Below are positions 56,268 to 64,000 of a stretch of DNA of 64,000 nt, piece by piece; the first letter of the stretch is position 1, and every line of letters starts with the position of its first letter. The position numbers and the translations under genes were made by a program. The notes under the pieces are model-generated. The model saw only the letters and a program-made list of their open reading frames with translations. It had not been told where the DNA came from and did no database searches. Source of the stretch: the human T2T-CHM13v2.0 reference genome, Homo sapiens; the NCBI RefSeq assembly GCF_009914755.1, contig NC_060944.1; one strand, 5' to 3'.

Positions 56268-56959
56268 CTGGACTATGAAATAAAGGCTGAAACAATAAGT
56301 CAGTTTTTGAGTCAATCAATTCATGTGACGGAAACATCGTGGAAGGGCTGGTATTGGGCCAAGTGGGCCCGGTTGCTCAAGACCTATATCTTTCTCTCCA
56401 TGTCCTAGCTCTGCCCTCTCCACATTCATTCCTGACAGAGTCACCCTTGTGGGCCAGCATTGACTATGTGCTCCTTCCTATCTGGTGCTAGTGGGGTCTC
56501 TTCCACAGAAAACCAATAACTGGGCTTTAGCTTGATTGGATCAATTTAGTCTATCTCCTTATTCCTAAACCAATCATGATGGCCAAGAGGAAGGAATAGT
56601 GCTGACTGGTTTACGACAGAACCACCTGTCCCACCCCAAAGACCATCATGTCATCCTTAGGAGGATTACAGATGGACGTGGGAATAAAAATAGGCATGCT
56701 GCCTGCAAGAGAAGAAGGAATGAATGCTGGTGGCCAAAGGCACCAGAAAATGTTGACCTCACCTACCTTAGTTTCTGGCACCTCCTTCTACCAGTTGCAC
56801 ATTCTAGGAAGCTGAAGTCCTTCCTCTTCCTCTCTCTTCCATCTTTCAATTTGCATGACCCTTTTATTAATTGTCCTCCTAAAAATCTTCTCAATCCAGC
56901 CACTTCCCTCCATTCCCATTGTGAACTATGGTCTTGATCATGCCCAGGCCAGCCGAATG

Positions 56960-58150
56960 GTGTCAGTAGCGGTTGGAAGACAGAAACCTTATCTGTTATT
57001 TTAACAGAGAGAAGTTCATATAAATGGTTCTTAATTTTGTAACTAAAATAGTTAAACATGACCTCTAAGATGTCACAGAGGTAGCAACTTCAGAAAGCAG
57101 CTACCAGTCTAAGGCTAAGGGGTAAAAAGGAAAAGGTTGGAACTACTGAAACCTAGAAGTATGGAGAGGAGACACCATGGAGTTGAAGTTGAGACCCCTG
57201 AAGAGGGGCCCTGGCCAGCTTGGGCAGGTGTCTCCCAGCAGAAGCAATGAGGTTAGCTCTGCACGTATTATATAACAACAGCAAATTGCTGCAGTGGAAG
57301 GAACTGCCGCTGAGAGGTGAGGAAGCAAGACTGGGAAGATGCTGTCAAGAACTGAAAGTAAAGGAAGCAGCCAGAAGTGTGGCTGGGTGATGCTCATGTG
57401 AACAGGAAGCCAATTAAAGGGCACAGGTCCCTTCTCACTTCAGCCTTGCAGCTCCTGCAAACACCCTGTGTTTTCAAAGCCCCAAAAGAAGCAGCTAGTA
57501 AAGCAGAAATAAGGCTTCAGCCCTAGTGATACAGGCAAACCCCCAAATTGGGGTCCTGCCAAGGAGGGTTCTTGGTTTCACTCAGGAAAGAATTCAAGAG
57601 TAAGCTGACAGTGAAAGAAAGCCGCTGCGAAGTGAGGAAGCGAGACTGAGAAGATGCTGTCAAGAACTGCATTTATTAATAAACTGTGTTTATTAGAGCA
57701 ACGTGTTGAAGAAGATGGCTGCTTCATGGACAGAACACGGCTATCCCATAGGCAGAGGAGCACACAGTAGCACTCGTGGGTTGCTGGCTAGCTCTATTTA
57801 CACCCTGTGTAAGATACTGCAAATCTTCATTATGTGCTAAATAAGGGGTGGGTTATTCACAAACTGTCCGGAAAAGGGGTGGAGAATTCTTGGAACCATT
57901 TAAGATAACTTCCAAGTCGAGTGTTGTCATGGCATTTGTAAACTGTGGTGGAGCTGATGAGAGTGTCTTATGCAAATATATTATAATTCCTAGTCCTAGC
58001 TGGTTTTGGCCGGTTTCTTTGCTGCATCCTGTTCAGATCAGCAGGGTCATGAAAACAAATCCCTCTGATCTCCTACCTCACAAGGATCACAAAACACCGT
58101 ATAGAGGAATGAGCTTGGAGCTAAGAGGCAAGATCTTATTAACAGTCACT
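56960..58150 (-). mobile_element. Ancient LTR (LTR78/79-like, uncertain) split by an ERV1 LTR
   Basis: GACAGAAACC..GCAGCTACCA..GCAGCTAGTAAAGCAGAAAT | ATCACAAA..TTGGAGCTAAGAGGCAA. Confidence 0.5.
57527..58080 (-). mobile_element. ERV1 solo LTR (MER66/MER57-like)
   Basis: TG..GGGTTCTTGGTTTCACTCAGGAAAGAATTCAAGAG..CATGGCATTTGTAAACTG..CTCCTACCTCA; TSD CTAG/CAAG. Confidence 0.8.
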
Positions 58151-58999
58151 GGCTTCCTAAATAGCTCTTTTAATTCACTCCTCATTTTCCAATCTATCCT
58201 TCATCCCTATTGCCCCAACTCACACCCAAATGCATCATGGCATCCTGGCTGGACCAGTGAAGATTGATAGTGGCTTCAATTGGGAAAAGTGTGGGGTGGG
58301 AAGAGGATTTAGGCATCCTGGAGTCCAGATTAGTGCAGCCATGCTGAGAATGAAAGACGGTGCCACCTTGTGTCCTGTACCCTATTGGTGCTGTTAGTGA
58401 AGAGTCAGACTTTCCAAGATGATTCTTGATGTTAAATTAGCTTTAACAATTTGAATGTTTTTGGCTTTGTAGATATATTTTTATTTGAATTTGCAAAATC
58501 TTTAATAGTTGCATAAGAATTATAATCCTAGAAGGCTAATATGCATTTGTACATAAATAACAGTTTTATCTTAATAAAAATAAGTTATCCCCGGGGATTC
58601 ACGAAAATTTGCTTTCCCTTTAAGATGGGTCCATGCATTACTCAAATTGATGAAAAGGAAAAATGCCATCTGACTCCTGGACAGGAGGTATAAGCGGCAC
58701 CAACCCCATGGTCTCCTAGCCTGTAACATGGGAAAATGGCAGAACCATGAGTGTGTGGGGGCCAGAAGATACTGCTACATTTTTTTTTGGATGTGTTGAG
58801 AGCTTAAGATGGTTGGAAAGCTTAACAGAGACGTGGAGGGGGGTAACTAGATGATGGGGCTAGATAGGTATCCGAGAAAGACAGGCAGAGAAGCATTTGA
58901 TGCCATTAAATATGACCCTTTGTGTTCGGAAATGTACCTGCTGATTAATCTGCCATCTGTATCTATTCAGTGAAGGCACAGATGTGCTGAGGGGTCAGA

Positions 59000-59310
59000 G
59001 AGAGTGATTAGGGACCATTACAGAAGATGATGTGGCATTTGAGTTGGGCCTTAGAAGATTGGAAAGGTCTTAAGAGATGGAGGACTGGGGTGAAGGCCTG
59101 CCAGGCTGGGAGAATGACATGAACCAGGGCTCAGAGGAATGGCGGGGCTGGATCCCTGGAGGAGTGGGAGGTGACATGTGGAGGCTTCAAGGCACCAGGT
59201 TTTGCAAGGCTTGAATTCCAGGTGAAGGAGCTGGGATTTTATCCTGAAATAAAGGTGGAGATCCTTGCTGTTTTCTGAGAGAGGGAGGGCAAAATCCAAA
59301 TCTGTTATTA
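59000..59310 (-). mobile_element. L2 fragment
   Basis: GGCATTTGAGTTGGGCCTT..GGCTTGAATTCCAGGTGAAGGAGCTGGGATTTTATCCTGA. Confidence 0.7.
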
Positions 59311-60757
59311 TGGTTCTCATTTTTCCATTGAGGAAGGTGACACCCAGAGTCGCTGGAGACCCCCTAAGAACACAGGGCTGTTTAATAGGTGTGGAGAAGC
59401 AGTGCCTACCCCAGCCTCCTGGTCTACCAGGGCACATCACAGTAAACACTGTGTGCCTGGCTGAAATCGGGAGCCAAAGGCCTCATTTGCATATCTCTCT
59501 GGCAGGCAAGGACTGCCCTGCCACTGGAGGGAATAGTCCACATCACCCCCGACACTATGCTGGTGACAATTGGAACTGGAGGTGTTCACAGGCCCTAGTT
59601 CATCTGGGAGATGTATAACCATGCAGCCGTCCCAGGGCTGCCATTAGCGCTTTATCTGAAAAGGCCAAACAGCTCCTGCCCTGTAAATTATATCTCATTT
59701 CTTTAAAAAATGTGTGTGGATGGAGAAGGGGCAGAGGGATGCAAGGGAGGAGGAAGGGAAGGGGGGCAGCAGGGAAGGGTAAATAGATAAAATAAATGGG
59801 CTTGGTGCATGCCTTTTGACCATTTTGCTTTAGTCTATTGATTTGGATTTTTCCCCCTACCCTGGGAGTAATCAATTTTTCGGTGGATGGGCAGAATACA
59901 ATAATTTCAAGCAAACTCTTCAAATGGGTTGTCATTAATTTGCCTTCTGCCGGTCCTTGTTCCCTCGGAGTAAGATGTGTTTAGCCTTCTCGGAACACTA
60001 TTGGAGGTATCCTCTGGGGATTTGTGGGGGCTGATTGGCACAGGGCAGGGAATGCAGACGTGGGAGGGGCGAGGAGAGCTGGTGCGGACTAATGAAGGCA
60101 CAGTGTTTGCTCATCTTTACAGAGTCACTTATTACTGCTAATTGGGAGGGACAGTTCAAATAAGCACAGAGGAGCAGTTGTCACAGGAGCGTGACATGGT
60201 TTTAAAGAGGCCTTCCCGGCTCCCTGAACTCCTGCCGCAGGCGGGCTGGATGCCTGCGCTTCGCAGCCTCCATAGAGTGGAGGCTTTGTCAGGGCGCCCC
60301 ATAGAAGTCAGCAGTCCTAAGAAACCTAGGTTTGGCAAGTCATCGCAGGGAACCACAGACAGACATGCAGCTGCCTGGGACACTTAGAAAGTCAACAGCT
60401 GACGGAAGGGGAGGACTCCGAGCTTGGCTGTAAATGGACTTGAAGATGTGATTGGAATTAATTTACACAACATAGTTAGAGGTTGTTTTCTTTAAAGGGC
60501 CTAATTGGTTTTAAAGAACATTCATTTGTATGAGTGTTAAAATATTAATAACCTGACATACATCTCCTAGGGTTCTGCAGCTTTATCTTTTGGTTATTTC
60601 CTTTGTAAGAAGACATTAATTTCCTCTCCATTCTATTAAATAGACATGAGTGAATGGGCCATGCCCATCCCGTGTTATAGCCAATATTTCCAAATTATTT
60701 GGTTACATTTGTGCCAACCAGTTAGTCATTAGCCAATGCTATTAAAAAGCACCTGGG

Positions 60758-61093
60758 GGCTGGGCATGGTGGCTCATGCCTGTAATCTCAGCACTTTGGG
60801 AGCCTGAGGCAGGAGGATCACTTGAAGTCAGGAGTTCAAAACCAGCCTGGGCAACACGACAAGCCCCTCACCTCTAAAAGTAAAAATACAAAATAATTAG
60901 TCAAGTGGCTAACACCTGCAATCTCAGCACTTTGGGAGGTTGCAGTGGGAGGATTGCTTGAGCCCAAGATTTTGAGGTTATAGTGAGTGATGACTGTGCC
61001 ACTGCACTCCAGCTTGGGCAACAGAGTGAGGTCCCACTTCTGAAATAAATCAATACATAAATAAGAGTAAAGTAAAAACAAACAAACAAAAAA
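60758..61093 (+). mobile_element. AluJ SINE
   Basis: GGAGGATTGCTTGAGCCCA J-type right arm; mixed A-rich tail. Confidence 0.9.
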
Positions 61094-61140
61094 CATCTAG
61101 ATCTTCCTGGTGGCCACAAGGAATGAATCACAACTGCCCC

Positions 61141-61315
61141 AATTCATTCATTCTACAAAAGTATTAAATCCTTACAGTGGGCCAGGAACTACTATAGGTG
61201 CTAGGGACACAGCCATGAACAAGATTAAGTCCCTGCTGTCACGAGTTCCCATTCCTATGGAAGGCTGGGGCACTGAGAGTGATCAAGTGATGAACAAGTT
61301 CATTTCAGATGAGGA
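61141..61315 (-). mobile_element. L2a 3' end
   Basis: ATTCATTCATTC..TAGGTGCTAGGGACACAGCCATGAACAAGA..AGTCCCTGC. Confidence 0.8.
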
Positions 61316-61614
61316 CAAAAATGCAGGGGTGCCCTTGTGCCAGTGTTTTACTTGGCTTTTCAGACTCCCGTGTTTACTCCTGTGGAAAACAAGATAAATC
61401 AATGCTGCCAAGAAGCAGGTAGTGGAGCCCATACCTTTGAGGGAATCTTAGATAAGGCCAAGTTCAGCTGTCTGGTTTTAGATACAGGAAATTTCTGATT
61501 CAAAATATAATCCCATTCTGGGAAGGTATAAGTAACAGATTCTGGTGATTTAGTGTCAATGGAGAAAATTTATCATAAGCCAAGTTTTTGGTGCAAAGCC
61601 ACCGTCCCTTTTCC

Positions 61615-61925
<311 letters not shown>

Positions 61926-62177
61926 CCTTTTCTTTTTGTGACTCAGATTTTTAAGAATGTCATTAAACACACAAAAAGCATTCTATTTAAAAAGCAAATA
62001 TTAAACCAAGGATCCAATCTAATCATCCTCATGGACTTCAAGGTTCTGAGGTATATCCTGGGCCAGGAGCTTATAGAAGGTTGAGATGAGGGTGAGAGAG
62101 AGGCTTAGGTGGGATGCTGGTTTCATCCTTGCTCTAACTTGGTTCATGGTTCTTATGATTTATACCTTAAAACACAG

Positions 62178-62485
62178 ACACACTGTGGTGGCTCATGCCC
62201 ATAATCCCAGCACTTTGGGGGCCAAGGACAGAAGATCACTTGAAGCCAGGAATTCAAGACCAACATAGCGAGAACCTGTCTCTACTAAAAATTTCAAAAT
62301 GGCTGCATGTGGTGGCACACACCTGTAGTCCCAGGTATTTAGGAGGCTGAGGCAAGAGGATCACTTGAGCCCGGAGTTTGAGGTTGTAGTGAGCCATGAT
62401 CATGCTACTGCACTCCAGCCTGGGCAACAGAGTGAGACCCTATCTCTAAAAAAAGAAAAAGAAAAAAGAAAACAAAAGAAAAAAA
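62178..62485 (+). mobile_element. AluJ SINE
   Basis: GAGGATCACTTGAGCCC..GTGAGCCATGATCATG..GTGAGACCCTATCTC; A-rich tail. Confidence 0.9.
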
Positions 62486-63825
62486 TATATACACACAAAC
62501 ACATCAGCAGCAGCAGCATCACATGTATACATAACCAAATAGAAAATTATAGGTGGTAGCACCTTCAGAGAAAAAAAGTCATTTTTTCTCCTCCTGAACA
62601 TTGAAAATTACATTATCTATTTATGACACAGGCAGATGGTATGAATCTGGGCTTTCACTTTGAAAGTATTTTCAAGAAAGCGACAGACTTTCCCCAGCGA
62701 AGAGAGCGGCCCTAAAAAAGAAATACCCATTTATGAAATTCATATAAAGCCCTTCCTGCAAATTTTTGCATTAGTTTTGAGATTTAAACTGGAATGATCC
62801 ACTGTCAAATCAGACTGGTGGGTAAGCAGTCAGAGGCTTTTCTAGAGAATGTAAGCCTTGGTACTTAACAAGAAATTAGTGGGGTTTCTCAGCATGGAAA
62901 ATAGGAAACTATTTGCTGGGTGATACATTCCATTTTAGATTTCCTGTGATATGTTAAGAATGAATTTGTTGTTCATTGATACCTTCCAAGAGACCCCAAC
63001 ATAGGGCAAACAATGCCCCCTTCACTTCTGCATGAATGCACTCAGTTCTTTTCTTCACATCTGGAAGTCATTTATTTTGCCCTGAGACATCTGCAGAGGC
63101 TGTTGACATGTGATGGAGGCAGGGGAGCTGGCAAGCATGGCAAGGCCATGGACGCCATCACTCTTGGTGAGGCCTGGCTTTGTTGGAGGCAAGAAGAGGA
63201 CCCGCTTCCCAACTGGGAGATGAGTACAGGTTGACCAATTAAGAAACCAGTTGAATAAGCTTTAAAAAAAAAAAAAAAAAAAAAAACTTCTGAAAAAAAG
63301 GAATTTATGTTGCTAAAATGAATCCTTCATTTGGAGACCTAAAAGGAAAATGTCCAGCTCAGTTCTCTGTGGGATTTCACTCTTAATGGGCATAAGCAGA
63401 AAATATCTTTTTGCAGGCAGAGAGGTATGTGTGCGTATAAATTGACGTGTAATGTTGAAATCTTGTTTTGAAATAACTCCATGTGATTGCTGCTTTGACT
63501 CCTTTGTGTTCTCATTGGTCAGAAGGTGTCCTTGGGAATCTGCCATCAGCAAACATCTGGGAGCGCATATCAGAAGCATAGAGCTGGATGCTTTGGAAAG
63601 GTAAAGTGCATCTGTTAATGAAGCCATGTAGAATTTCTTCCTCTGCTTTCACTAAGAGTAGAGTGTATGAAAATAGTGCACATCTCTATGTCACAGCTAA
63701 ACTGCAGGGCTGTGCTGTGTTGAGAATGAGCACTGGTGCTCTGAATATAGAATGAGAGACGTATAAAGCCCCATTGACCCCTCACCATCATCTCACTCCC
63801 TCGCCTGAGATGCCAGCCTTACAGC

Positions 63826-63913
63826 TTTAGTTTTATTCTGTTATTATAGATTTAGGGGGCACATGTGCAGGTGTGTTACATGGGTATATTGTATAATGCT
63901 AGGGTTTGGGCAT
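63826..63913 (-). mobile_element. L1PA (older primate subfamily) extreme 3' end
   Basis: GGGGGCACATGTGCAGGTGTGTTACATGGGTATATTGTATAATGCT. Confidence 0.85.
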
Positions 63914-63917
63914 CTGG

Positions 63918-64000
63918 TATCAAGAACTCAATCCCATTTACAGTAGCCACACACACACAAAGAATACCTATGAATACTTCTAACCAAGGAGATGAAAGAC
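63918..64000 (+). mobile_element. L1 ORF2 segment, sense orientation (runs off the window)
   Basis: ATCAAGAACTCAATCCCATTTACAGTAGCC..CTAACCAAGGAGATGAAAGAC (IKNSIPFTVA...LTKEMKD). Confidence 0.85.

Noticed and set aside
63264-63286. A23 tract as the tail of a processed pseudogene
   Set aside because: No canonical AATAAA, recognisable mRNA body or TSD upstream.

Overview
Primate genomic DNA (human or another catarrhine, judging by AluY/AluS/AluJ, THE1 and LTR1), not prokaryotic. I recognise no protein-coding exon, structural RNA gene or CRISPR array. The ORF track is explained by Alu, L1, LTR, simple-repeat and chance frames. The window looks intergenic or deep-intronic. It is densely layered with interspersed repeats: about 18 Alu copies or fragments, an old 5'-intact but internally deleted L1M, L2/MIR relics, about 30 ERVL/MaLR/ERV1 LTR relics and a few DNA-transposon remnants. 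Between these are unique islands rich in homeodomain/SOX motifs that may be enhancers. The most notable observations are structural: a 49-bp locally templated insertion with a fold-back scar inside an ERV1 LTR, an ancient imperfect hairpin in unique sequence, two cases of serial Alu insertion at one target site, a G4-prone 20-bp minisatellite, closely spaced inverted Alus and a probable twin-primed L1. I found no convincing evidence for a new biological system. Repeat family names come from my recollection of consensus sequences and need RepeatMasker/Dfam confirmation. Boundaries without a stated TSD are approximate.
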